A stretch of DNA of 64,000 nucleotides from Naegleria gruberi (lineage: Eukaryota). A program made the position numbers and the translations under genes. The notes below the pieces were generated by a model. That model did no database searches. It worked only from the letters and a program-made list of their open reading frames with translations, and was not told the DNA's origin. Positions 46,666-57,594 of the stretch are shown here, piece after piece (position 1 is the stretch's first letter; each line of letters starts with the position of its first letter). The stretch is taken from the NCBI GenBank assembly GCA_000004985.1, contig GG738915.1; one strand, 5' to 3'.

Positions 46666-46810
46666 TAAACAATTCAAAAAGAAACAATTCTATGGAAATG
46701 CAATCAGTCCGTCTTGTAAAATAGTCCGCCAAATGCAAGTCGCTCAATTCTTTCAAAAACATTTCAACAACTGGATCCACAAAAGAACTATTCAAATATA
46801 TGAAAAAAAA

Positions 46811-48625
46811 ATGTTTAGAAATCAAAGATCAAACTTCAAGCGCCTGATGCACCAACCATCATCAATTTACTTGTACTTCATTCTATTACTATGCAGTTGT
46901 GTTGCTTGTATTTGTGCATCTTCTGAAATCTCGGAAGATGATCATCAAACACCTCTCACTCTTCTCATTTCCATAGTTTCACCTCCCCTGATTGGACCCT
47001 TTGGTAATATCATTCGATCACATGCTATTGCAGTGGAGGCAAGGAGAAGAGGCATTCGAGTGGCTTGGATGATGGGCAGGAATTATCAAAAGGCAGTTCA
47101 CAAGGTTCTGGAAACAATGGCCACAAAAAAGACACTTTCAGATAACGAAAGACAATTTCATGATCATTCTCGAGATTTGTTCTATTATTTGGAGACTATT
47201 CCAGTGCTTGGATCGATTTTGCCTGAATGGTTGAGTCATCAATTGACTTTGAATGGAACGAGAAAGATGGACACTGAAATTCCAAGTTTCATTCCACAAT
47301 TGATGGGTGAAAGAACATTTGGCAATTTCTATTTAGTTTTAATGATGGCAGGTTTTGCAAATGGTTCCATTTTAAGAAAATTACTCAAGGAACAATTGGA
47401 AATTATTCAATTGACTAAACCTTTTGCAATTGTTAAGGAACTTGAAGTTTCAAGCTCAGTTTCAAGTTATTTAACTGGAATTCCAATTGTAGAGACAATT
47501 TCCACCCCAATTCTCAATGGAAGACATGCAAATTATTTTTCCTCTTTTGTAAATGGTGCAACATTTGGAGTGTTGAATGAATTTTTGGAGGGAAATGAGA
47601 AATTGTTTCCAACAGTAGCAAGCTATGATGATTTGGCATTCAGAGCTAGGAATTTAAAGGTTGCTTATACTATCCCTGAATTGGAAACTCCATTGGTGAA
47701 TGAGAGACCAAATGTTTCGTATATTGGAATGGCAAATGTTCCATTGTTTTTACAATCGTTTACAACAATTGAGGAGAAATTGGAGGCCATTGAGAGAAGA
47801 AAGCAGGAATTACTCAAATCTTATCCAAATCAAAGAGTTTTATTCTTTTATTTTGGAAAGGGATCCATTCCATTCGAAACTGTTGAAAAGGAAATTCCAC
47901 AATTTTGTAAACTTTTGAATGAAAATGTGAAATCTGTGGATAGTAAGGAATATCACTGCTATATAGTTGCAGATAAAGCTAAAGAACCATACACCATTGA
48001 AAAGTATTCACATTTCAAGTCATGGTTTGATGGTGATGACATGACATTAATTAGTGAGCTGACATTTAATCATGGTGGAGCTAATAGTGTCATGCAGAGT
48101 ATTTATTATGGAGTCCCACAAGTAGTGAGTGCAGGATACATGTTTGAAAGAGTATTCAATGGTTTATCAACAGAAATTGGGAAGTGTGGAATCTTGTTGA
48201 ATCCAGACGAATTTCGTCATGAGATAATCTTTGAGAAACTCTTCTCAGACGACTCTTTTACTTTCAAAAAGCTGAAAGAAGATTCTAAAATCATTCAGAG
48301 AAAACTAATGGAACGTGGAGGTGCCAATCAATTATTCTCAGATATTGAAATTTGGTTGAATAGAAGTTTGACACCTTCTGCCAAGTGGCAGGAAGAATCC
48401 AGACAACGTGATCAATTAATTTCGAAAGTTTTACTTCCAAACATCAATTATATCCTTGAAAGAGATGCTCATTTGGAAAAATCAATTGTTGGTAAATTGA
48501 GTTTGATTTACAGAGATGTTGGCTTGGTGATTCCTTCTATAATTTTCACATTAATTGTCTTTCCAATGATAGTTTCCATTCACATGATCAAAATTATTTC
48601 ATTCCTTTGCTGTTGCAAAAAGTAA
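46811..48625 (+). CDS. UDP-glycosyltransferase (GT1/UGT-like) with an N-terminal signal peptide and a C-terminal TM anchor
   Basis: UGT signature region FNHGGANSVMQSIYYGVPQVV. Signal-like LYFILLLCSCVACICASS. C-terminal helix VIPSIIFTLIVFPMIVSIHMIKII plus the basic tail CCCKK. ATG at 46811 after an A8 tract; the track ORF extends upstream without an ATG context. Confidence 0.7.
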   Translation: MFRNQRSNFKRLMHQPSSIYLYFILLLCSCVACICASSEISEDDHQTPLTLLISIVSPPLIGPFGNIIRSHAIAVEARRRGIRVAWMMGRNYQKAVHKVLETMATKKTLSDNERQFHDHSRDLFYYLETIPVLGSILPEWLSHQLTLNGTRKMDTEIPSFIPQLMGERTFGNFYLVLMMAGFANGSILRKLLKEQLEIIQLTKPFAIVKELEVSSSVSSYLTGIPIVETISTPILNGRHANYFSSFVNGATFGVLNEFLEGNEKLFPTVASYDDLAFRARNLKVAYTIPELETPLVNERPNVSYIGMANVPLFLQSFTTIEEKLEAIERRKQELLKSYPNQRVLFFYFGKGSIPFETVEKEIPQFCKLLNENVKSVDSKEYHCYIVADKAKEPYTIEKYSHFKSWFDGDDMTLISELTFNHGGANSVMQSIYYGVPQVVSAGYMFERVFNGLSTEIGKCGILLNPDEFRHEIIFEKLFSDDSFTFKKLKEDSKIIQRKLMERGGANQLFSDIEIWLNRSLTPSAKWQEESRQRDQLISKVLLPNINYILERDAHLEKSIVGKLSLIYRDVGLVIPSIIFTLIVFPMIVSIHMIKIISFLCCCKK

Positions 48626-48720
48626 TACATTTCACATTCATTGTAAACATTATTAAATATTTTTAAATATTATTAAACTTGTGGCAAATTCACAATTTCA
48701 ATAAAAAAAATTATAAAAAA

Positions 48721-50148
48721 ATGCCAGAACTCGTTAGAGCCCACTCCTATCATCATCCCTCTCCAATTTTTCCTTCCCAAGATGAAAATTCATCACTCTA
48801 CATGTCGTTGGAATTATTTGAATATCATTTGGACTTGAGAAGTGCCTTCGGAACAAGTCATTCTTCAACCACAAGAAGAAAGAATGCTCTCATTAGAATT
48901 TCCATTCATTCTCGTGATGAAAAAATTATATTTGATGGATTTGGTGAATGTGGTTTGCCTCCTAAAAAGGCAAATTGTTATTTGGCTGATTTTAATGATA
49001 TCCAATTTTATTTTGAGCAATTTTGTGAGAATTTAAAGGTGGAATTGCAAAAAAACGAATTTAATTGGAAGGAAATGATCGGAAATGCTTTTAAAAATGT
49101 TGACGAAAAATATTTCACACTCGTAAGAAAATTGGCTGATGAAAATGCAAGTTTGAATGGAAAATTGCAAAGTATTCCATTGATATTGTTAAATGGATTG
49201 GATCAGTATGAATATCTTGATCAGATTGGAGAGAAACATCCAGAATTTGAACATTGTGCTCAGTGTGGAATTGAAATGGCTATTTTCGACTTGTGGGGAA
49301 AGATTCTCGATAAGCCATTGTATAATTTAATTGGGATTGAACCTCCTGTTCAGAAATTTGCATTCTACACAGCTGCTCTCAATGAAGATATTGGAGAAAT
49401 TGTAAAAACAGCTCGATTTGGATTGGAAAAGACCAGACATTTGAAAATGAAACTTGATTCTGACATTGAAAAGGGAATTTTAATATTGAAAAACTTGATT
49501 GAGACCTACGAGAAGGATTATATTCATGAAAATTCCAAACCTCATTGGTCAATCGATGCCAATTCAGCTTGGACTCCAGAAACTTCACTCGAATTTCTCC
49601 AACAATTGAAAGAAAAACTTCCAAACTTTCTTCCATACTTTTACATGTTGGAACAACCATTCCCAATCCTAGTCGAAAGCTCAGAATCATCCAAATGGGA
49701 ACAAGTCAAACAAGCTTACGAAAATGAGGGAATTTTAATTTTTGCCGATGAAAGTGTCAATACTTTTGAAAACATTGCCAACATTCAATCTTTCATTCAT
49801 GGAATTAATATTAAATTGGAGAAATCTGGAGGAATTAGAGGAGCTCTGACAGTTTCAGAGCTAGCCAAGAAACATTACAATTTAAAGTTGTGGTTTGGTT
49901 GCATGGTTTCAAGTCGATTGAGTTGTACTTGTTCTTCACATTTAATGAGTTTGGCAGAAATTGGAGGAGATTTGGATGGTTCATTGCTTGTTGCTGAGCA
50001 TTCTCAAGGATTTGAAGGAGGTTTTGATTGGAGAAACGACCAAGTTTCGAATAGTGAAAGTAGAATCGGAAGGAATCATGGAGAAATTGTCTTGTTGGAA
50101 AAACCAGGTATTGGAGTGGATATCAAGAAGGATACTATCAGAAAGTAA
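48721..50148 (+). CDS. Enolase-superfamily enzyme of the mandelate racemase / muconate lactonising enzyme type (dipeptide-epimerase / o-succinylbenzoate-synthase-like)
   Basis: Metal- and acid-base ligand regions KMKLDSD, IDANSAWT ... YMLEQPFP, ADES, IKLEKSGGI, and MVSSRLS..S.HLMSLAEIGGDLDG. The ATG at 48721 follows aaaaaaaattataaaaaa; the track start at 48679 is TTG. Confidence 0.7.
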   Translation: MPELVRAHSYHHPSPIFPSQDENSSLYMSLELFEYHLDLRSAFGTSHSSTTRRKNALIRISIHSRDEKIIFDGFGECGLPPKKANCYLADFNDIQFYFEQFCENLKVELQKNEFNWKEMIGNAFKNVDEKYFTLVRKLADENASLNGKLQSIPLILLNGLDQYEYLDQIGEKHPEFEHCAQCGIEMAIFDLWGKILDKPLYNLIGIEPPVQKFAFYTAALNEDIGEIVKTARFGLEKTRHLKMKLDSDIEKGILILKNLIETYEKDYIHENSKPHWSIDANSAWTPETSLEFLQQLKEKLPNFLPYFYMLEQPFPILVESSESSKWEQVKQAYENEGILIFADESVNTFENIANIQSFIHGINIKLEKSGGIRGALTVSELAKKHYNLKLWFGCMVSSRLSCTCSSHLMSLAEIGGDLDGSLLVAEHSQGFEGGFDWRNDQVSNSESRIGRNHGEIVLLEKPGIGVDIKKDTIRK

Positions 50149-50804
50149 TCTTTGCTTTTGTTTAATATTTTTTAAAAGCAAAATAAACATTGTTCACACT
50201 ACAGTTTCCATTACAATTCATTCGAAACTACAGAAACTTTTTATACAATCAACACAGCAGGTTAAAATCATGGAAGGAACCCGTAGTGGAAAATTCTGCA
50301 AGAGGCAACCATTTAATTGAAATAAAGTCATCGAATGTCCAAAGACGGAAATGGGACTGTCAATTGTCATCTTTGCTTAGTGAACTATTTGATAGAAAGT
50401 GAATGACTTTTCCAGACATTTAACACCCTGAAACATGACATTATTTAATGTTTGGCTAATTTTCACATTTGGTCAAACATTAAATCAAGAAACATCCAAT
50501 TTTAAACTCGTCAAAATTTTATTGTTGCTAAAATGAGAACAAGAGCTAATTTGTGAAAAACATATCGAAATGGATTTTGATAAATTGACTTGGATTGAAA
50601 TCTCATCCTTCCATAGAATGAGAAAGTAATAATTCGAAAGGTTTCTCATTCGAAATAGCTCTCTTGAGAGGTTCTCGGCTCTTGTGTGAGATTTTGTTAG
50701 TGTTACATTGGTAAAATATAGATAGGAGTGAAAATAAGTGGTAGTTTCTATGCCTCCAAGGAAAAGAAAGCCACTTTTAGTTTGGGAAATGATTCGTCCA
50801 GTTT

Positions 50805-52481
50805 CTAATTGGTCCATTGTAGCAAATCTTGAATGGAAAGTTCAATTAATTGCTCTGGTTGAGAAATGAATGGTGCAATTGCTGGATAGTACTTGGTAAT
50901 GGTTCTAAAATGTTCTCTATTTCTATTATGATTTTTCAAGCTTAATTGTTCGAAACTTTGCATGGAAACTAAACATCTCTTCATGCAATTGTTGAATTCT
51001 TCAATTTCAATGACCAATGAAGATTGTCCTTGTGTTTCATGATCTTCAACATTGTTTCTCTCAATTCTGGACATTTCTTCAAAGTAAATCTTGAGGAATT
51101 TTCTGATAATCGAAACTGATTTGAAATTCGAATGTGGAGCAAGCATTTGGAAAGCCAATACGAAACAGGATAGAGCAACAAGTGAAGGTCTAAACCACAA
51201 CATGTCATAATTGTGTAATTGAATTTCACATAGATAATTAGAAACCTTTTCCATAAAGTTTACAAAATTATCAGCTTCAACCAAAGATGGAAAAGCTTGT
51301 GTGAAATTTTGATCATTCTTCATGGCATGAATGAACAAGGCAACGTAATCAATCAATAGAATGGATCTCAACTCAAAATCCAAGGTATTCAACACCCAAC
51401 TTTCCATTCTCAGCACTTGTTTCTTCAAATCTTCAATAGACGAATCAGACGAAACTGGTGGTAAAATATCACTCAAGTTGACCGATCTACCATAATACTT
51501 GGTTGATATAAAAAAGCATGCACATCCCAATGCCTGCAAATTATCAACATCTATCAAATAATACTGTTCAATATTAAATCTGTCAAGTGAACGATCAAAA
51601 ATCATTGTTGCATGATAGAGAATTTCCTTTGGAATGTCAAGTTCTGTTTGGAGAATATTAAACCAATCGATAACTGTTCTTCTATATTGTGGTTTGACAT
51701 GTGGATGAGTGGAAAGATAATTAGCTTTTGCACAGTTGATAGTTTCACGTGAAATGTTATCTGAAAGTAATTGAAAACTATCTGAAACTTCAACAGCTTC
51801 TTCTTCGTCAGCTTCTTCTTCGTCATCTTCTTGCATGGAATCAACATCTTGATTAGCACATTCTTCTTGATTACTATTCGAATCATGGTCTTGACTCAAA
51901 ATAATTTCTTCAACACTATCTTCCATAGTTTCGTATTGTTGACTTTCTTTTTCTGGATGAATGGAAAATGAGGTAGCGCTCCAACTGCAGGTAATTTCAT
52001 CTTGGGCAAGTGTCGAAATTGGTTCGGCAGTTTCGGTTTCGTTTAAGGAAGGAGATATATACGAATGACCATTGACAAGCTCTTGCTTTACTTCTCGAGA
52101 TTGAAAAGGTGTTGGTTGGATTGTGTTGAGGGCGGTGGTGGAAACGTCTTCTTCACATTCCCAAGTAATTTCTTCTTGTTTTTCATTCACTTTATGGGCG
52201 AGAGCATGTATACGAATTGAATCGAAAGTGGACGAAACTCGAGTCTTCTTTGTAATCTTGCTCTGAAGAGTTTCTACTGAATCAGATTGTGATGAATAGC
52301 TTGTTGTTAGAGAATTTGTCTTTCTCTTTAAATTATTCGAAACTTTTTGGCGCCAACCTTTCATCACGACTTTCTTACCACCAGAACACATTCTCATAAA
52401 TGTACAAGGTGAAAGTCCACCTAATTGTTGTTGATTTCTTCTCGAATTCATTGTATTTAAAATAAAATTACAATTTTCCAT
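50805..52481 (-). CDS. Cyclin-like protein (paralogue 2, divergent), 558 aa, with an acidic DDEEEADEEEAVE stretch before the cyclin box
   Basis: RRTVIDWFNILQTELDIPKEILYHATMIFDRSLDRF...LQALGCACFFISTKYYG plus a second helical repeat. ATG at 52479-52481. Confidence 0.6.
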   Translation of the reverse strand: MENCNFILNTMNSRRNQQQLGGLSPCTFMRMCSGGKKVVMKGWRQKVSNNLKRKTNSLTTSYSSQSDSVETLQSKITKKTRVSSTFDSIRIHALAHKVNEKQEEITWECEEDVSTTALNTIQPTPFQSREVKQELVNGHSYISPSLNETETAEPISTLAQDEITCSWSATSFSIHPEKESQQYETMEDSVEEIILSQDHDSNSNQEECANQDVDSMQEDDEEEADEEEAVEVSDSFQLLSDNISRETINCAKANYLSTHPHVKPQYRRTVIDWFNILQTELDIPKEILYHATMIFDRSLDRFNIEQYYLIDVDNLQALGCACFFISTKYYGRSVNLSDILPPVSSDSSIEDLKKQVLRMESWVLNTLDFELRSILLIDYVALFIHAMKNDQNFTQAFPSLVEADNFVNFMEKVSNYLCEIQLHNYDMLWFRPSLVALSCFVLAFQMLAPHSNFKSVSIIRKFLKIYFEEMSRIERNNVEDHETQGQSSLVIEIEEFNNCMKRCLVSMQSFEQLSLKNHNRNREHFRTITKYYPAIAPFISQPEQLIELSIQDLLQWTN

Positions 52482-53741
52482 GTATGGTATATAATAGTTG
52501 AATATTTAAAACAAAACTACTTGATAAAATTAACAACAAGTATGAACCTACTCAAAATTCAATATATCAATATTTGAAAAATTAATGTTCTCTCGGGATC
52601 AACAACACTGATGCCAAATGCCAGCTGTCAAAGTAGTTTTTTTTTCTTCGTCATCTTGATTACTAGCACTCTGCACTCGCCAACTTCAATATTTTGGCCC
52701 TTCGTCTAAAAGCCTATTGGTTTGTTATTGCGTTGACACTTGAAAATTTCACACTCTAGTGGGTTGTCAATAACCCTAATTCGGAAGGCAACTTTTTGGG
52801 AAGATTTGAAATTCCACATCTTAAGGCTATTGCGAATATTAACAATGGACATGGAATTAAACTCCAATACATTATTATTATTGAATGATTACAATTTGTA
52901 ACACATCCTTTGAAAACTTTCCAATAGTTTGAAAATATTGGAAAGTTTTCGAATTGACTTTTCGATGTGTTGATATCAAATAAAGAATGTACATTGAAAC
53001 AAATGAAAAAAAGAGGATGGATGGTCAATGAATGTGTAATCCTTTCTACTGAGATTGAAAACGTGCTCTTCATGGTCGATTTTCGAATAACCTTGATTGT
53101 AATGTTATCCTAAATGGCAAATGGATGAACCATCACATCAAAGATCTGAAGATTTTAAAGCAAGTTGGTGTCTTCGTCAAAATGGGTATTTTACTATTAT
53201 CTTTTTAAAGAATCAACATGTCATGTTTGAAAATGTTGTCATGTGACATTTTGGTGAAGAAAACAATTATTGTACAGTAAATTCTCAAACACCGTTCACA
53301 GTAGGAAAACCACGTCATCTTCTTTAATACTGTAAATTATTATCTTTTCACACTTTACAATAATGCTGCACCAGCCCTACAATCCTTTCGTATAATATTT
53401 GACACACAATCAACAGACCCTATCCAAATCAACTCAGAGCACAAGCCAACTTGGATTTACACTCATTTTATTAGGATCATGCACCGTACTACTTTCGAAT
53501 AGTTTTCTCCTATCAATGAACTTGTTGAGCACATGACTATTACGGATAATTTACTAGTTTCTGTAGAGCACTTATTGTAAAACAGTCATTTTACTGTAGT
53601 GTGGTAATGGTTAGAAAATGACCAAGAAAAGATAATTGGTAGAGTTGAGCACGTTTCGGTGGTGAAATTTTGCATTTTACCTTTTTGGGATGGTGTTCAC
53701 TTCCGAGGTGAAAATTTTTGATGTTCGTAGATTTTCAAATA

Positions 53742-53812
53742 CAAATGTGCTCGTCTCGTGGTGTAATGGTAGCATAGTGGACTTTGAATCCATTGACGGA
53801 GGTTCGATTCCT
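53742..53812 (+). tRNA. tRNA-Gln (anticodon TTG), copy 1
   Basis: CGTCTCGTGGTGTAATGGTAGCATAGTGGACTTTGAATCCATTGACGGAGGTTCGATTCCTCCCGAGACGG. The GGTGTAATGGT.AGCA D-arm and the CTTTGAA anticodon loop are typical of eukaryotic tRNA-Gln. 7-bp acceptor stem. Confidence 0.85.
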
Positions 53813-53928
53813 CCCGAGACGGTAAACGTGGCGAGCCATAAGAATTTTGCATCGATACTTTTATTTGCTGCTATCAAGGTTTTATGATTACAATTTATTA
53901 TTTGCTCGATTTCCTGTTGCTTATTTAC

Positions 53929-54786
53929 TTATAAACACAATTGATTAGAAAGATGTCTCTTCAATTCACTATTATATCCAAATTGTGTCTTTCTTCTAAT
54001 ACCATACTCTTCAATTCGTTTCTTGAAAGATTCCAATAGACTTGGTACATATTTCTTACCCAACCATTCCTTCATATTGGAACAAACACCTGCCTTAACA
54101 TGAATTCCACTCTGTTGTTGACATAGTGAACTGCCAGCAAGAGATGGATATTCCATATTGACAAAATAAGTTGCCTGAATGTTTCCATTCTTTAAATCTT
54201 TGAGTATCCATTGACCACCATGTTTCTTGAAGGAGGATTCACAATTGATGAGACAGTTGGATGAGGATGAGTTGAATTGGATGTGTTCTGGACTAATGAC
54301 TTTGACTTGGAGTGTATATTCAACGGTGGAAAACATGAATGAACTCTTAAAAGTTACTGTATAGTCTTGTTTCGTCTCCTTTCTATGGACATTGGCTACA
54401 AAGTAACCATCCAAGAATTCAGGATATCTTTCAAAATCTGTGATAATGTCCAAACAATCTTTTAATGTCACATTTTCAAAAATGATGGATTGAGAAGTGG
54501 CATTGACAAGATCACATTCAATGAAATGACGCCATTCTTCACTGAATGAAGGAGCTGTACTGCATGAAGGCACAACAGCTTGAGGTTTCTCTGTTGTTGT
54601 CACTGGAATCAATTTACTGTCAATTGTCGATTCAACAATATCAATGAGTTGAGCTTGATTGCTGGCAGTTGACTGAAACAATGCTGGTGAAGAAGTAGTT
54701 TTACAACGATGAAAATGTTGCATTGCCTTTGGAGAATCAGCTTCAAACAAGTGGGGATGATGTGAGTGATTGATCAATGAAGACAT
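53929..54786 (-). CDS. Hypothetical protein, possibly with an SRPBCC/START-like lipid-binding fold (285 aa)
   Basis: Single ORF with ATG. The region LDIITDFERYPEFLDGYF...TVEYTLQV resembles the polyketide-cyclase/COQ10 family pattern. Weak. Confidence 0.35.
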   Translation of the reverse strand: MSSLINHSHHPHLFEADSPKAMQHFHRCKTTSSPALFQSTASNQAQLIDIVESTIDSKLIPVTTTEKPQAVVPSCSTAPSFSEEWRHFIECDLVNATSQSIIFENVTLKDCLDIITDFERYPEFLDGYFVANVHRKETKQDYTVTFKSSFMFSTVEYTLQVKVISPEHIQFNSSSSNCLINCESSFKKHGGQWILKDLKNGNIQATYFVNMEYPSLAGSSLCQQQSGIHVKAGVCSNMKEWLGKKYVPSLLESFKKRIEEYGIRRKTQFGYNSELKRHLSNQLCL

Positions 54787-55704
54787 TTTGTTTCGTTTAG
54801 TTTCTTGTATTGACGATAATGTGGATGCTCAATTTATAGTAATTGGAAAGCTCACTGTGATGTTGTAGTGCAATCCAAATAAGAGTTTTTTAATATGAGT
54901 TGTGTGTTTACAATGTAGATGATATGAAATCCAATCTTCTACTTTTCCAAATATATTAAATTATCTAATTTTATATAAAAGTATAACTGGATTATATTTT
55001 CTCTCACTTTTATAAACAATGTAACAGTTCTCTATCTAATTGAATCTATTAATTACTCTAGTCCAATTGAACAGAAAGTTTTCGTTTTGTTGATTTTTTC
55101 TGAAAAAGTTGCACAAGATCTAGAAGCACTGCAAACAAAGCAATGAAATTGTTGTATTAACTGTTTGGAAGAAGTATGAGTGCTGTGGTGATGGCGTTGA
55201 TGATCTTTTTTGATGAAATTCCAAAAGAGGACAAGATAAAAAGTTTGGTTGGATATCAAGTTGGAGCAATTTGCAATTTTGTTCTTCAGGAAGGTGTGAG
55301 AATAAGGAACATTTATGGTTTTCAGAGAATGGTAAGGTTTGGAGAATTGTGTAAATTTGCAAGAGTTTGAAAAAACTGTAAATTGGAGAAATTGTAGTGG
55401 AGGAGTTTTTGTAAAAGAAGAGAATATCGATATTGGTAACTAGTACAACTATTAGAAGAACAATACTTAGATTGGAGAGATGACAATGAATGCGATCAAT
55501 TTCATGATCATCTCAGTTTTGGTAGGTCCTATTGATTAAATGAGACGATAGGTTTGATAATGGTAAGTAAATTAAAGTGGAATACGCACTAATGTGTTGC
55601 AAAAAATCGACATTGGTTGACAAATTGACGGTTATAATAAGCGAGGGTGAAAAGGTATCTTTGTTTGTGATGATTGTTCGTGGGTGTAAAAATTCCTGCT
55701 TACT

Positions 55705-55775
55705 TGCGTCGACCGGGAATTGAACCCGGGTCACGGCGATGGCAACGCCGTATTCTACCACTAAACCATCGACGC
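55705..55775 (-). tRNA. tRNA-Gly (anticodon GCC)
   Basis: Reverse complement GCGTCGATGGTTTAGTGGTAGAATACGGCGTTGCCATCGCCGTGACCCGGGTTCAATTCCCGGTCGACGCA. Close to canonical eukaryotic tRNA-Gly-GCC. Confidence 0.85.
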
Positions 55776-55887
55776 TTCTCATGTCCTTCTATAATAATAC
55801 ATAACTGAATATAAATGGTATTTGAGCTAGGTCAAATTTAATTTCTTGAAGAAATCCACAAACAAAAAATTTAAAAATTGTTATGGC

Positions 55888-55958
55888 TCGCCACGTTTAC
55901 CGTCTCGGGAGGAATCGAACCTCCGTCAATGGATTCAAAGTCCACTATGCTACCATTA
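55888..55958 (-). tRNA. tRNA-Gln (anticodon TTG), copy 2, in inverted orientation relative to copy 1
   Basis: The 71 nt are identical to copy 1, as is 8 nt of the 5' flank and about 19 nt of the 3' flank. Confidence 0.85.
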
Positions 55959-56339
55959 CACCACGAGACGAGCACATTAACTGTTCAAAATCTTCGAATA
56001 TCATTGATTTTCAATGATAATCTTAGAAAACCTCCAATGTGCAAAATTTCTTATTAACCACATTTCCAATCAAACTCAAATTATACAACCAATATCGTTT
56101 TGTCCAAATATGCCCCTTCTCTTTTTTTTTACATCTTTCTAAGAAAGCTGCCTTAATAACCTAGAACTGCTTATTTGACCTCCAAATTTGAGCCACTGTA
56201 CATCTTTTACTGTATCGTAAGATAGTTTCCTTATTCGATAAGCTTCACAGGCCGAAATCAATAGACAATAAGCGTTCTTTCTTATTAAAAACAATACAAT
56301 TACTTTTTTTCAAACTGTAGATGAAGGCATTACAACAAT

Positions 56340-56642
56340 TTATGGAGAATTTTGAATGAATTTATTCACAGCTGTAGTAGAATCTATCAGTAGGCATGTG
56401 GTTGTATTCGCATCCAATTTGGGACTCTTGCAGTTTTCAATATTGAACAAGATCCAATTTAAATTATTAAATGGTCGTGAGTCATCATACAAAGCACTCA
56501 TCCATGCAGTGTGAACATGAATTTTCACATCTTCAATATATTTGTTTCCAATATAAATATTTAATAGGAGATAGAATGTAGAGCGAATTAAACCAGTTGA
56601 GGCAGTGAATTGCATATGATAAATATCTGAATAATGATCCAA
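56340..56642 (-). CDS. Small ORF (100 aa), possibly an exon of a spliced gene. Very weak resemblance to sedlin/TRAPPC2L-type longin-like proteins.
   Basis: ORF only. No start context checked. Confidence 0.15.
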   Translation of the reverse strand: MDHYSDIYHMQFTASTGLIRSTFYLLLNIYIGNKYIEDVKIHVHTAWMSALYDDSRPFNNLNWILFNIENCKSPKLDANTTTCLLIDSTTAVNKFIQNSP

Positions 56643-57594
56643 TATTGGATTGATTAAATACTTTCTGAGGTTTGTTTATTTCCTCATTCGAATAAGTGAC
56701 TTGATTCGACGATAATGATCTGAATCATCGATTCTTTACAAAATATTAAATAATCCAAAACTAATAAATGAGTATTTAATCGCTACTACACTATTTCTCG
56801 AAACATTGATAGAGTTCCTTATAGGCCTTGTTGAAATATTTAGGCTTTCATATCCACAATATTGGTAATCGAATAACCTTCTCAAAATATTGAACAAACT
56901 TCATGGACACAATAAAAGTCATAATGACCTGTCAAGAAACTGCCAACTACAACATGTCAACCCAGCTTTCAAATTATGATAATGGTCGCCTCGTGTTCGC
57001 GCCATTAATTTTAATCATTTTCTGATAACATGCTCCAATTATTACAATACGGAAATTCCTCAATCATCATCATTCAGATTCAAATGACAAGAAGCGCACC
57101 AGCCATTTTCTTCCTCTCATCCATCATGCTCTTAAATTGGATGTTATTCTCTTTCCGTTTAATCGACAAACAAAAGAGAGAAAATCGCAAGAAGCGTTTT
57201 GTTTGTGCTAAGCAACGCGTTGTTGTGTAGGTGTGCACAAAGGTGGTAAGGCAAAAAACCTTTAAATTGGACGCTTCCCATTGCACCTGAGTCAATAGTC
57301 CACACAAAAAGAAAATTCCAATTCAATCACAAGCAAAAAGTGTAAAAAGAAAGAAGCACAGTCACCCTCTCTGATTCTATTCTTTTCCACACAACAAACA
57401 CCAATATATAATTTATATAGCCGAGCGAGTAATTCACAAATTTATTGATGATTGCATAATACATATTACCATTTCAACATCAATATTGAATTTCTACATA
57501 CATTTAGTCGAGTCCTATTATCTATTAACCTTTCGGAATCTTTGATCTCCAATTACTTACCTATTATTACTATTATTACTATCTTTGAGACAAT

